DNA of 64,000 bases. Source: Eledone cirrhosa. Lineage: Eukaryota. This document shows positions 10,211 through 25,099 of this stretch, one piece after another; position 1 is the stretch's first letter; each line of letters begins with the position of its first letter. A model generated the notes under the pieces. The model was not told the origin of the DNA and did no database searches. It saw only the letters and a list, made by a program, of their open reading frames with translations. The translations under genes were made by a program, and so were the position numbers. The stretch lies in assembly GCA_964016885.1 (NCBI GenBank), contig OZ024744.1:105028001-105092000 (forward strand), in the 5' to 3' direction.

Positions 10211-13200
10211 CTAGTCTGTGTGTACGGTTGTATGCCGTCTATGACTAGTCTGTATGTACGGTTGTATGCCGTCTATGACTAGTCTGTGTCTACGGTTGTA
10301 TGTCATCTATGACTAGTATGTGTGTACGGTTGTATGCCGTCTATGACTACTCTGTGTCTACGGTTGTATGCCGTCTATGACTAGTCTGTGTCTACGGTTG
10401 TATGCCGTCTATGACTAGTCTGTGTCTACAGTTGTATGCCGTCTATGACTAGTCTGTGTCTACGGTTGTATGCCGCCTATGACTAGACTGATCCACGGTT
10501 GTATGCCGTCTATGACTAGTCTGTGTCTTCGGTTGTATGCCGTCTATGACGAGTCTGTGTCTACGGTTGTATGCCGTCTATGACTAGTCTGTGTCTACAG
10601 TTGTATGCCGTCTATGACTAGTCTGTGTCTACGGTTGTATGCCGTCTATGACTATTCTGTGTCTATGGCTGTATGCCGTCTATGACTAGTCTGTGTCTAC
10701 GGTTGTATGCCGTCTATGACTAGTCTGATCCACAGTTGTATGCCGTCTATGACTAGTCTGATCCACGGTTGTATGCCGTCTATGACTAGTCTGTGTCTTC
10801 AGTTGTATGCCGTTTATGACTAGTCTGTGTCTACGGTTGTATGCCGTCTATGACTAGTCTGTGTCTACGGTTGTATGCCGTCTATGACTAGTCGGTGTGT
10901 ACGGTTGTATGCCGTCTATGACTAGTCTGTGTCTACGGTTGTATGCCGTCTATGACTAGTCTGTGTCTACAGTTGTATGCCGTCTATGACTGGTCTGTGC
11001 CTACGGTTGTATGCCGTCTATGACTAGTCTGTGTCTACAGTTGTATGCCGTCTATGACTAGTCTGTGTCTATGGTTGTATGCCATCTATGACTAGTCTGT
11101 GTCTACAGTTGTATGCCGTCTATGACTAGTCTGTGTCTACGGTTGTATGCCGTCTATGACTAGTCTGTGTGTACGGTTGTATGCCGTCTATGACTAGTCT
11201 GTGTGTACGGTTGTATGCCGTCTATGACTAGTCTGTGTCTACGGTTGTATGCCGTCTATGACTAGTCTGTGTCTACGGTTGTATGCCGTCTATGACTAGT
11301 CTGTGTCTACAGTTGTATGCCGTCTATGACTAGTCTGTGTCTACGGTTGTATGCCGTCTATGACTAGTCTGTGTCTACGGTTGTATGCCGTCTATGACTA
11401 GTCTGTGTCTACGGTTGTATGCCGTCTATGACTAGTCTGTGTCTACGGTTGTATGCCGTCTATGACTAGTCTGTGTCTACGGTTGTATGCCGTCTATGAC
11501 TAGTCTGTGTCTACAGTTGTATGCCGTCTATGACTAGTCTGTGTCTACGGTTGTATGCCGTCTATGACTAGTCTGTGTGTACGGTTGTATGCCGTCTATG
11601 ACTAGTCTGTGTCTACAGTTGTATGCCGTCTATGACTAGTCTGTGTCTACGGTTGTATGCCATCTATGACTAGTCTGTGTGTACGGTTGTATGCCGTCTA
11701 TGACTAGTCTGTGTCTACGGTTGTATGCAGTCTATGACTAGTCTGTGTCTACAGTTGTATGCCGTCTATGACTAGTCTATGTGTACGGTTGTATGCCGTC
11801 TATGACTAGTCTCTGTCTACGGTTGTATGCCGTCTATGACTAGTCTATGTTTACGGTTGTATGCCGTCTATGGCTAGTCTGTGTCTACGGTTGTATGCCG
11901 TCTATGACTTGTCTGTGTCTACGGTTGTATGCCATCTATGACTAGTCTGTGTCTACGGTTGTATGCCGTCTATGACTAGTCTGTGTGTACGGTTGTATGC
12001 CGTCTATGACTAGTCTGTGTCTACTGTTGTATGCCGTATATGACTAGTCTGTGTGTACGGTTGTATGCAGTCTATGACTAGTCTGTGTCTACGGTTGTAT
12101 GCCATCTATGACTAGTCTGTGTCTACGGTTGTATGCCGCCTATGACTAGTCTGTGTCTCCTGTTGTATGCCGTCTATGTCTAGTTTGTGTCTACGGTTGT
12201 ATACCGTCTATGACTAGTCTGTGTCTACGGTTGTATGCTGTCTATGAGTAGTCTGTGTCTACTGTTGTATGCCGTCTATGACTAGTCTGTGTCTACGGTT
12301 GTATGCCGTCTATGACTAGTCTGTGTCTACTGTTGTATGCCGTCTATGACTAGTCTGTGTCTACGGTTGTATACCGTCTATGACTAGTCTGATCCACGGT
12401 TGTATGCCGTCTATGACTAGTCTGTGTCTACAGTTGTATGCCGTCTATGACTAGTCTGTGTCTATGGTTGTATGCCATCTATGACTAGTCTGTGTCTACA
12501 GTTGTATGCCGTCTATGACTAGTCTATGTGTACGGTTGTATGCCGTCTATGACTAGTCTGTGTGTACGGTTGTATGCCGTCTATGACTAGTCTGTGTCTA
12601 CGGTTGTATGCCGTCTGTGACTAGTCTGTGTCTACGGTTGTATGCCGTCTATGACTAGTCTGTGTCTACGGTTGTATGCCGTCTATGACTAGTCTGTGTC
12701 TACGGTTGTATGCCGTCTATAACTAATCTGTGTCTACGGTTGTATGCTGTCTATGACTAGTCTGATCCACGGTTGTATGCCGTCTATGACTAGTCTGTGT
12801 CTACAGTTGTATGCCGTCTATGACTAGTCTGTGTCTATGGTTGTATGCCATCTATGACTAGTCTGTGTCTACAGTTGTATGCCGTCTATGACTAGTCTAT
12901 GTGTACGGTTGTATGCCGTCTATGACTAGTCTGTGTGTACGGTTGTATGCCGTCTATGACTAGTCTGTGTCTACGGTTGTATGCCGTCTGTGACTAATCT
13001 GTGTCTACGGTTGTATGCCGTCTATGACTAGTCTGTGTCTACGGTTGTATGCCGTCTATGACTAGTCTGTGTCTACGGTTGTATGCCGTCTATAACTAAT
13101 CTGTGTCTACGGTTGTATGCTGTCTATGACTAGTCTGTGTCTACGGTTGTATGCCGCCTATGACGAGTCTGTTTCTACGGTTGTATGCCGTCTATGACTA

Positions 13201-16200
13201 GTCTGTGTCTACAGTTGTATGCCGTCTATGACTAGTCTGTGTCTACGGTTGTATGCAGTCTATGACTAGTCTGTGTCTACAGTTGTATGCCGTCTATGAC
13301 TAGTCTATGTGTACGGTTGTATGCCGTCTATGACTAGTCTGTGTCTACGGTTGTATGCCGTCTATGACTAGTCTATGTTTACGGTTGTATGCCGTCTATG
13401 ACTAGTCTGTGTCTACGGTTGTATGCCGTCTATGACTTGTCTGTGTCTACGGTTGTATGCCGTCTATGACTAGTCTGTGTCTACGGTTGTATGCCGTCTA
13501 TGACTAGTCTGTGTGTACGGTTGTATGCCGTCTATGACTAGTCTGTGTCTACTGTTGTATGCCGTATATGGCTAGTCTGTGTGTACGGTTGTATGCAGTC
13601 TATGACTAGTCTGTGTCTACGGTTGTATGCCATCTATGACTAGTCTGTGTCTACGGTTGTATGCCGCCTATGACTAGTCTGTGTCTACTGTTGTATGCCG
13701 TCTATGACTAGTTTGTGTCTACGGTTGTATACCGTCTATGACTAGTCTGTGTCTACGGTTGTATGCCGTCTATGACTAGTCTGTGTCTACTGCTGTATGC
13801 CGTCTATGACTAGTCTGTGTGTACGGTTGTATGCCGTCTATGACTAGTCTGTGTCTACGGTTGTATGCCGTCTATGACTAGTCTGTGTGTACGGTTGTAT
13901 GCCGTCTATGACTAGTCTGTGTCTACGGTTGTATGCCGTCTATGACTAGTCTGATCCACGGTTGTATGCCGTCTATGACTAGTCTGTGTCTACGGTTGTA
14001 TGCAGTCTATGACTAGTCTGTGTCTACGGTTGTATGCCGTCTATGACTAGTCTGATCCACGGTTGTATGCAGTCTATGACTAGTCTGTGTCTACAGTTGT
14101 ATGCCGTCTATGACTAGTCTGTGTCTACGGTTGTATGCCGTCTATGACTAGTCTGATCCACGGTTGTATGCAGTCTATGACTAGTCTGTGTCTACAGTTG
14201 TATGCCGTCTATGACTAGTCTGTGTCTACAGTTGTATGCCGTCTATGTCTAGTCTGTGTCTACAGTTGTATGCCGTCTATGACTAGTCTGTGTCTACGGT
14301 TGAATGCCGTCTATGACTAGTCTGTGTCTACGGTTGTATGCCGTCTATGACTAGTCTGTGTCTACTGTTGTATGCCGTCTATGACTAGTCTGTGTCTACG
14401 GTTGAATGCCGTCTATGACTAGTCTGTGTCTACGGTTGTATGCCGTCTATGACTAGTCTGTGTCTACGGTTGTATGCCGTCTATGACTAGTCTGTGTCTA
14501 CAGTTGTATGCCGTATATCACTAGTCTGTGTCTACGGTTGTATGCCGTCTATGACTAGTCTGTGCCTTCAGTTGTATGCCGTCTATGACTAGTCTGTGTC
14601 TACAGTTGTATGCCGTATATGACTAGTCTGTGTCTACTGTTGTATGCCGTATATGACTAGTCTGTGTCTACGGTTGTATGCTGTCTATGAGTAGTCTGTG
14701 TCTACTGTTGTATGCCGTCTATGACTAGTCTGTGTCTACGGTTGTATGCCGTCTATGACTAGTCTGTGTCTACTGTTGTATGCCGTCTATGACTAGTCTG
14801 TGTCTACGGTTGTATACCGTCTATGACTAGTCTGATCCACGGTTGTATGCCGTCTATGACTAGTCTGTGTCTACAGTTGTATGCCGTCTATGACTAGTCT
14901 GTGTCTATGGTTGTATGCCATCTATGACTAGTCTGTGTCTACAGTTGTATGCCGTCTATGACTAGTCTATGTGTACGGTTGTATGCCGTCTATGACTAGT
15001 CTGTGTGTACGGTTGTATGCCGTCTATGACTAGTCTGTGTCTACGGTTGTATGCCGTCTGTGACTAGTCTGTGTCTACGGTTGTATGCCGTCTATGACTA
15101 GTCTGTGTCTACGGTTGTATGCCGTCTATGACTAGTCTGTGTCTACGGTTGTATGCCGTCTATAACTAATCTGTGTCTACGGTTGTATGCTGTCTATGAC
15201 TAGTCTGATCCACGGTTGTATGCCGTCTATGACTAGTCTGTGTCTACAGTTGTATGCCGTCTATGACTAGTCTGTGTCTATGGTTGTATGCCATCTATGA
15301 CTAGTCTGTGTCTACAGTTGTATGCCGTCTATGACTAGTCTATGTGTACGGTTGTATGCCGTCTATGACTAGTCTGTGTGTACGGTTGTATGCCGTCTAT
15401 GACTAGTCTGTGTCTACGGTTGTATGCCGTCTGTGACTAATCTGTGTCTACGGTTGTATGCCGTCTATGACTAGTCTGTGTCTACGGTTGTATGCCGTCT
15501 ATGACTAGTCTGTGTCTACGGTTGTATGCCGTCTATAACTAATCTGTGTCTACGGTTGTATGCTGTCTATGACTAGTCTGTGTCTACGGTTGTATGCCGC
15601 CTATGACGAGTCTGTTTCTACGGTTGTATGCCGTCTATGACTAGTCTGTGTCTACAGTTGTATGCCGTCTATGACTAGTCTGTGTCTACGGTTGTATGCA
15701 GTCTATGACTAGTCTGTGTCTACAGTTGTATGCCGTCTATGACTAGTCTATGTGTACGGTTGTATGCCGTCTATGACTAGTCTGTGTCTACGGTTGTATG
15801 CCGTCTATGACTAGTCTATGTTTACGGTTGTATGCCGTCTATGACTAGTCTGTGTCTACGGTTGTATGCCGTCTATGACTTGTCTGTGTCTACGGTTGTA
15901 TGCCGTCTATGACTAGTCTGTGTCTACGGTTGTATGCCGTCTATGACTAGTCTGTGTGTACGGTTGTATGCCGTCTATGACTAGTCTGTGTCTACTGTTG
16001 TATGCCGTATATGGCTAGTCTGTGTGTACGGTTGTATGCAGTCTATGACTAGTCTGTGTCTACGGTTGTATGCCATCTATGACTAGTCTGTGTCTACGGT
16101 TGTATGCCGCCTATGACTAGTCTGTGTCTACTGTTGTATGCCGTCTATGACTAGTTTGTGTCTACGGTTGTATACCGTCTATGACTAGTCTGTGTCTACG

Positions 16201-19200
16201 GTTGTATGCCGTCTATGACTAGTCTGTGTCTACTGCTGTATGCCGTCTATGACTAGTCTGTGTGTACGGTTGTATGCCGTCTATGACTAGTCTGTGTCTA
16301 CGGTTGTATGCCGTCTATGACTAGTCTGTGTGTACGGTTGTATGCCGTCTATGACTAGTCTGTGTCTACGGTTGTATGCCGTCTATGACTAGTCTGATCC
16401 ACGGTTGTATGCCGTCTATGACTAGTCTGTGTCTACGGTTGTATGCAGTCTATGACTAGTCTGTGTCTACGGTTGTATGCCGTCTATGACTAGTCTGATC
16501 CACGGTTGTATGCAGTCTATGACTAGTCTGTGTCTACAGTTGTATGCCGTCTATGACTAGTCTGTGTCTACGGTTGTATGCCGTCTATGACTAGTCTGAT
16601 CCACGGTTGTATGCCGTCTATGACTAGTCTGTGTCTACGGTTGTATGCCGTCTATGACTAGTCTGTGTCTACGGTTGTATGCCGTCTATGACTAGTCTGT
16701 GTCTACAGTTGTATGCCGTCTATGACTAGTCTGTGTCTATGGTTGTATGCCATCTATGACTAGTCTGTGTCTACAGTTGTATGCCGTCTATGACTAGTCT
16801 GTGTCTACGGTTGTATGCCGTCTATGACTAGTCTGTGTGTACGGTTGTATGCCGTCTATGACTAGTCTGTATGTACGGTTGTATGCCGTCTATGACTAGT
16901 CTGTGTCTACGGTTGTATGCCATCTATGACTAGTATGTGTGTACGGTTGTATGCCGTCTATGACTACTCTGTGTCTACGGTTGTATGCCGTCTATGACTA
17001 GTCTGTGTCTACGGTTGTATGCCGTCTATGACTAGTCTGTGTCTACAGTTGTATGCCGTCTATGACTAGTCTGTGTCTACGGTTGTATGCCGCCTATGAC
17101 TAGACTGATCCACGGTTGTATGCCGTCTATGACTAGTCTGTGTCTTCGGTTGTATGTCGTCTATGACGAGTCTGTGTCTACGGTTGTATGCCGTCTATGA
17201 CTAGTCTGTGTCTACAGTTGTATGCCGTCTATGACTAGTCTGTGTCTACGGTTGTATGCCGTCTATGACTATTCTGTGTCTATGGCTGTATGCCGTCTAT
17301 GACTAGTCTGTGTCTACGGTTGTATGCCGTCTATGACTAGTCTGATCCACAGTTGTATGCCGTCTATGACTAGTCTGATCCACGGTTGTATGCCGTCTAT
17401 GACTAGTCTGTGTCTTCAGTTGTATGCCGTTTATGACTAGTCTGTGTCTACGGTTGTATGCCGTCTATGACTAGTCTGTGTCTACGGTTGTATGCCGTCT
17501 ATGACTAGTCGGTGTGTACGGTTGTATGCCGTCTATGACTAGTCTGTGTCTACGGTTGTATGCCGTCTATGACTAGTCTGTGTCTACAGTTGTATGCCGT
17601 CTATGACTGGTCTGTGCCTACGGTTGTATGCCGTCTATGACTAGTCTGTGTCTACAGTTGTATGCCGTCTATGACTAGTCTGTGTCTATGGTTGTATGCC
17701 ATCTATGACTAGTCTGTGTCTACAGTTGTATGCCGTCTATGACTAGTCTGTGTCTACGGTTGTATGCCGTCTATGACTAGTCTGTGTGTACGGTTGTATG
17801 CCGTCTATGACTAGTCTGTGTGTACGGTTGTATGCCGTCTATGACTAGTCTGTGTCTACGGTTGTATGCCGTCTATGACTAGTCTGTGTCTACGGTTGTA
17901 TGCCGTCTATGACTAGTCTGTGTCTACAGTTGTATGCCGTCTATGACTAGTCTGTGTCTACGGTTGTATGCCGTCTATGACTAGTCTGTGTCTACGGTTG
18001 TATGCCGTCTATGACTAGTCTGTGTCTACGGTTGTATGCCGTCTATGACTAGTCTGTGTCTACGGTTGTATGCCGTCTATGACTAGTCTGTGTCTACGGT
18101 TGTATGCCGTCTATGACTAGTCTGTGTCTACAGTTGTATGCCGTCTATGACTAGTCTGTGTCTACGGTTGTATGCCGTCTATGACTAGTCTGTGTGTACG
18201 GTTGTATGCCGTCTATGACTAGTCTGTGTCTACAGTTGTATGCCGTCTATGACTAGTCTGTGTCTACGGTTGTATGCCATCTATGACTAGTCTGTGTGTA
18301 CGGTTGTATGCCGTCTATGACTAGTCTGTGTCTACGGTTGTATGCAGTCTATGACTAGTCTGTGTCTACAGTTGTATGCCGTCTATGACTAGTCTATGTG
18401 TACGGTTGTATGCCGTCTATGACTAGTCTCTGTCTACGGTTGTATGCCGTCTATGACTAGTCTATGTTTACGGTTGTATGCCGTCTATGGCTAGTCTGTG
18501 TCTACGGTTGTATGCCGTCTATGACTTGTCTGTGTCTACGGTTGTATGCCATCTATGACTAGTCTTTGTCTACGGTTGTATGCCGTCTATGACTAGTCTG
18601 TGTGTACGGTTGTATGCCGTCTATGACTAGTCTGTGTCTACTGTTGTATGCCGTATATGACTAGTCTGTGTGTACGGTTGTATGCAGTCTATGACTAGTC
18701 TGTGTCTACGGTTGTATGCCATCTATGACTAGTCTGTGTCTACGGTTGTATGCCGCCTATGACTAGTCTGTGTCTCCTGTTGTATGCCGTCTATGTCTAG
18801 TTTGTGTCTACGGTTGTATACCGTCTATGACTAGTCTGTGTCTACGGTTGTATGCTGTCTATGAGTAGTCTGTGTCTACTGTTGTATGCCGTCTATGACT
18901 AGTCTGTGTCTACGGTTGTATGCCGTCTATGACTAGTCTGTGTCTACTGTTGTATGCCGTCTATGACTAGTCTGTGTCTACGGTTGTATACCGTCTATGA
19001 CTAGTCTGATCCACGGTTGTATGCCGTCTATGACTAGTCTGTGTCTACAGTTGTATGCCGTCTATGACTAGTCTGTGTCTATGGTTGTATGCCATCTATG
19101 ACTAGTCTGTGTCTACAGTTGTATGCCGTCTATGACTAGTCTATGTGTACGGTTGTATGCCGTCTATGACTAGTCTGTGTGTACGGTTGTATGCCGTCTA

Positions 19201-20780
19201 TGACTAGTCTGTGTCTACGGTTGTATGCCGTCTGTGACTAGTCTGTGTCTACGGTTGTATGCCGTCTATGACTAGTCTGTGTCTACGGTTGTATGCCGTC
19301 TATGACTAGTCTGTGTCTACGGTTGTATGCCGTCTATAACTAATCTGTGTCTACGGTTGTATGCTGTCTATGACTAGTCTGATCCACGGTTGTATGCCGT
19401 CTATGACTAGTCTGTGTCTACAGTTGTATGCCGTCTATGACTAGTCTGTGTCTATGGTTGTATGCCATCTATGACTAGTCTGTGTCTACAGTTGTATGCC
19501 GTCTATGACTAGTCTATGTGTACGGTTGTATGCCGTCTATGACTAGTCTGTGTGTACGGTTGTATGCCGTCTATGACTAGTCTGTGTCTACGGTTGTATG
19601 CCGTCTGTGACTAATCTGTGTCTACGGTTGTATGCCGTCTATGACTAGTCTGTGTCTACGGTTGTATGCCGTCTATGACTAGTCTGTGTCTACGGTTGTA
19701 TGCCGTCTATAACTAATCTGTGTCTACGGTTGTATGCTGTCTATGACTAGTCTGTGTCTACGGTTGTATGCCGCCTATGACGAGTCTGTTTCTACGGTTG
19801 TATGCCGTCTATGACTAGTCTGTGTCTACAGTTGTATGCCGTCTATGACTAGTCTGTGTCTACGGTTGTATGCAGTCTATGACTAGTCTGTGTCTACAGT
19901 TGTATGCCGTCTATGACTAGTCTATGTGTACGGTTGTATGCCGTCTATGACTAGTCTGTGTCTACGGTTGTATGCCGTCTATGACTAGTCTATGTTTACG
20001 GTTGTATGCCGTCTATGACTAGTCTGTGTCTACGGTTGTATGCCGTCTATGACTTGTCTGTGTCTACGGTTGTATGCCGTCTATGACTAGTCTGTGTCTA
20101 CGGTTGTATGCCGTCTATGACTAGTCTGTGTGTACGGTTGTATGCCGTCTATGACTAGTCTGTGTCTACTGTTGTATGCCGTATATGGCTAGTCTGTGTG
20201 TACGGTTGTATGCAGTCTATGACTAGTCTGTGTCTACGGTTGTATGCCATCTATGACTAGTCTGTGTCTACGGTTGTATGCCGCCTATGACTAGTCTGTG
20301 TCTACTGTTGTATGCCGTCTATGACTAGTTTGTGTCTACGGTTGTATACCGTCTATGACTAGTCTGTGTCTACGGTTGTATGCCGTCTATGACTAGTCTG
20401 TGTCTACTGCTGTATGCCGTCTATGACTAGTCTGTGTGTACGGTTGTATGCCGTCTATGACTAGTCTGTGTCTACGGTTGTATGCCGTCTATGACTAGTC
20501 TGTGTGTACGGTTGTATGCCGTCTATGACTAGTCTGTGTCTACGGTTGTATGCCGTCTATGACTAGTCTGATCCACGGTTGTATGCCGTCTATGACTAGT
20601 CTGTGTCTACGGTTGTATGCAGTCTATGACTAGTCTGTGTCTACGGTTGTATGCCGTCTATGACTAGTCTGATCCACGGTTGTATGCAGTCTATGACTAG
20701 TCTGTGTCTACAGTTGTATGCCGTCTATGACTAGTCTGTGTCTACGGTTGTATGCCGTCTATGACTAGTCTGATCCACGG
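7590..20780. repeat. Higher-order tandem duplication, period 6617 bp (about 195 monomers), 2 copies
   Basis: gccgtatatc 7893/14510, tgtatgtac 10251/16868, tgtctcc 12154/18771, gatcc 12391/19008. Confidence 0.88.
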
Positions 20781-23050
20781 TTGTATGCCGTCTATGACTA
20801 GTCTGTGTCTACGGTTGTATGCCGTCTATGACTAGTCTGTGTCTACGGTTGTATGCCGTCTATGACTAGTCTGTGTCTACAGTTGTATGCCGTCTATGAC
20901 TAGTCTGTGTCTATGGTTGTATGCCATCTATGACTAGTCTGTGTCTACAGTTGTATGCCGTCTATGACTAGTCTGTGTCTACGGTCGTATGCCGTCTATG
21001 ACTAGTCTGTGTGTACGGTTGTATGCCGTCTATGACTAGTCTGTATGTACGGTTGTATGCCGTCTATGACTAGTCTGTGTCTACGGTTGTATGCCATCTA
21101 TGACTAGTATGTGTGTACGGTTGTATGCCGTCTATGACTACTCTGTGTCTACGGTTGTATGCCGTCTATGACTAGTCTGTGTCTACGGTTGTATGCCGTC
21201 TATGACTAGTCTGTGTCTACAGTTGTATGCCGTCTATGACTAGTCTGTGTCTACGGTTGTATGCCGCCTATGACTAGACTGATCCACGGTTGTATGCCGT
21301 CTATGACTAGTCTGTGTCTTCGGTTGTATGCCGTCTATGACGAGTCTGTGTCTACGGTTGTATGCCGTCTATGACTAGTCTGTGTCTACAGTTGTATGCC
21401 GTCTATGACTAGTCTGTGTCTACGGTTGTATGCCGTCTATGACTATTCTGTGTCTATGGCTGTATGCCGTCTATGACTAGTCTGTGTCTACGGTTGTATG
21501 CCGTCTATGACTAGTCTGATCCACAGTTGTATGCCGTCTATGACTAGTCTGATCCACGGTTGTATGCCGTCTATGACTAGTCTGTGTCTTCAGTTGTATG
21601 CCGTTTATGACTAGTCTGTGTCTACGGTTGTATGCCGTCTATGACTAGTCTGTGTCTACGGTTGTATGCCGTCTATGACTAGTCGGTGTGTACGGTTGTA
21701 TGCCGTCTATGACTAGTCTGTGTCTACGGTTGTATGCCGTCTATGACTAGTCTGTGTCTACAGTTGTATGCCGTCTATGACTGGTCTGTGCCTACGGTTG
21801 TATGCCGTCTATGACTAGTCTGTGTCTACAGTTGTATGCCGTCTATGACTAGTCTGTGTCTATGGTTGTATGCCATCTATGACTAGTCTGTGTCTACAGT
21901 TGTATGCCGTCTATGACTAGTCTGTGTCTACGGTTGTATGCCGTCTATGACTAGTCTGTGTGTACGGTTGTATGCCGTCTATGACTAGTCTGTGTGTACG
22001 GTTGTATGCCGTCTATGACTAGTCTGTGTCTACGGTTGTATGCCGTCTATGACTAGTCTGTGTCTACGGTTGTATGCCGTCTATGACTAGTCTGTGTCTA
22101 CAGTTGTATGCCGTCTATGACTAGTCTGTGTCTACGGTTGTATGCCGTCTATGACTAGTCTGTGTCTACGGTTGTATGCCGTCTATGACTAGTCTGTGTC
22201 TACGGTTGTATGCCGTCTATGACTAGTCTGTGTCTACGGTTGTATGCCGTCTATGACTAGTCTGTGTCTACGGTTGTATGCCGTCTATGACTAGTCTGTG
22301 TCTACAGTTGTATGCCGTCTATGACTAGTCTGTGTCTACGGTTGTATGCCGTCTATGACTAGTCTGTGTGTACGGTTGTATGCCGTCTATGACTAGTCTG
22401 TGTCTACAGTTGTATGCCGTCTATGACTAGTCTGTGTCTACGGTTGTATGCCATCTATGACTAGTCTGTGTGTACGGTTGTATGCCATCTATGACTAGTC
22501 TGTGTGTACGGTTGTATGCCGTCTATGACTAGTCTGTGTCTACGGTTGTATGCAGTCTATGACTAGTCTGTGTCTACAGTTGTATGCCGTCTATGACTAG
22601 TCTATGTGTACGGTTGTATGCCGTCTATGACTAGTCTCTGTCTACGGTTGTATGCCGTCTATGACTAGTCTATGTTTACGGTTGTATGCCGTCTATGGCT
22701 AGTCTGTGTCTACGGTTGTATGCCGTCTATGACTTGTCTGTGTCTACGGTTGTATGCCATCTATGACTTGTCTGTGTCTACGGTTGTATGCCGTCTATGA
22801 CTAGTCTGTGTGTACGGTTGTATGCCGTCTATGACTAGTCTGTGTCTACTGTTGTATGCCGTATATGACTAGTCTGTGTGTACGGTTATATGCAGTCTAT
22901 GACTAGTCTGTGTCTAGGGTTGTATGCCATCTATGACTAGTCTGTGTCTACGGTTGTATGCCGCCTATGACTAGTCTGTGTCTCCTGTTGTATGCCGTCT
23001 ATGTCTAGTTTGTGTCTACGGTTGTATACCGTCTATGACTAGTCTGTGTC
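14680..23050. repeat. Higher-order tandem duplication, period 4174 bp (123 monomers; 4208 after one extra monomer)
   Basis: gatcc 14834/19008 (also 8217/12391), tgtatgtac 16868/21042, tgtctcc 18771/22979. Confidence 0.85.
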
Positions 23051-25099
23051 TACGGTTGTATGCCGTCTATGACTAGTCTGTGTCTACTGCTGTATGCCGT
23101 CTATGACTAGTCTGTGTGTACGGTTGTATGCCGTCTATGACTAGTCTGTGTCTACGGTTGTATGCCGTCTATGACTAGTCTGTGTGTACGGTTGTATGCC
23201 GTCTATGGCTAGTCTGTGTCTACGGTTGTATGCCGTCTATGACTAGTCTGATCCACGGTTGTATGCCGTCTATGACTAGTCTGTGTCTACGGTTGTATGC
23301 CGTCTATGACTAGTCTGTGTCTACGGTTGTATGCCGTCTATGACTAGTCTGTGTCTACAGTTGTATGCCGTCTATGACTAGTCTGTGTCTATGGTTGTAT
23401 GCCATCTATGACTAATCTGTGTCTACAGTTGTATGCCGTCTATGACTAGTCTGTGTCTACGGTTGTATGCCGTCTATGACTAGTCTGTGTGTACGGTTGT
23501 ATGCCGTCTATGACTAGTCTGTGTGTACGGTTGTATGCCGTCTATGACTAGTCTGTTTCTACGGTTGTATGCCATCTATGACTAGTATGTGTGTACGGTT
23601 GTATGCCGTCTATGACTAGTCTGTGTCTACGGTTGTATGCCGTCTATGACTAGTCTGTGTCTACGGTTGAATGCCGTCTATGACTAGTCTGTGTCTACAG
23701 TTGTATGCCGTCTATGACTAGTCTGTGTCTACGGTTGTATGCCGTCTATGACTAGTCTGATCCACGGTTGTATGCCGTCTATGACTAGTCTGTGTCTTCG
23801 GTTGTATGCCGTCTATGACTAGTCTGTGTCTACGGTTGTATGCCGTCTATGACTAGTCTGTGTCTAGAGTTGTATGCCGTCTATGACTAGTCTGTGTGTA
23901 CGGTTGTATGCCGTCTATGACTAGTCTGTGTGTACGGTTGTATGCCGTCTATGACTAGTTTGTGTCTACGGTTGTATGCCATCTATGACTAGTCTGTGTG
24001 TACAGTTGTATGCCGTCTATGACTAGTCTGTGTCTACGGTTGTATGCCGTCTATGACTAGTCTAAGTCTACGATTGTATGCCGTCTATGACTAGTCTGTG
24101 TCTACGGATGTATGCCGTCTATGACTAGTCTGTGTCTACGGTTGTATGCCGTCTATGACTAGTCTGTGTCTTCAGTTGTATGCCGTCTATGACTAGTCTG
24201 TGTCTACGGTTGTATGCCGTCTATGACTAGTCTGAGTCTACGGTTGTATGCCGTCTATGACTAGTCTGTGTCTTCAGTTGTATGCCGTCTATGACTAGTC
24301 TGTGTCTACGGTTGTATGCCGTCTATGACTAGTCTGTGTCTACGGTTGTATGCCGTCTATGACTAGTCTGTGTCTTCAGTTGTATGCCGTCTATGACTAT
24401 TCTGTGTCTACGGTTGTATGCCGTCTATGACTAGTCTGAGTCTACGGTTGTATGCCGTCTATGACTAGTCTGTGTCTACGGTTGTATGCCGTCTATGACT
24501 AGTCTGTGTCTACAGTTGTATGCCGTCTATGACTAGTCTGTGTCTACGGTTGTATGCCGTATATAACTAGTCTGTGTCTACGGTTGTATGCCGTCTATGA
24601 CTAGTCTGTGTGTACGGTTGTATGCAGTCTATGACTAGTCTGTGTCTACGGTTGTATGCCGTCTATGACTAGTCTGTGTCTACTGTTGTATACCATCTAT
24701 GACTAGTCTGTGTCTACGGTTGTATGCCGTCTATGACTAGTCTGTGTCTACGGTTGTATGCCGTCTATGACTAGTCTGTGTCTACGGTTGTATGCTGTCT
24801 ATGACTAGTCTGTGTCTACTGTTGTATACCATCTATGACTAGTCTGTGTCTACGGTTGTATGCCGTCTATGACTACTCTGTGTCTACGGTTGTATGCCGT
24901 CTATGACTAGTCTGTGTCTACGGTTGTATGCCGTCTATGACTAGTCTGTGTCTACGGTTGTATGCCGTCTATGACGAGTCTGTGTCTACGGTTGTATGCC
25001 GTCTATGACTAGTCTGTGTCTACAGTTGTATGCCGTCTATGACGAGTCTGTGTCTACGGTTGTATGCCGTCTATGACTAGTCTGTGTCTACGGTTGTAT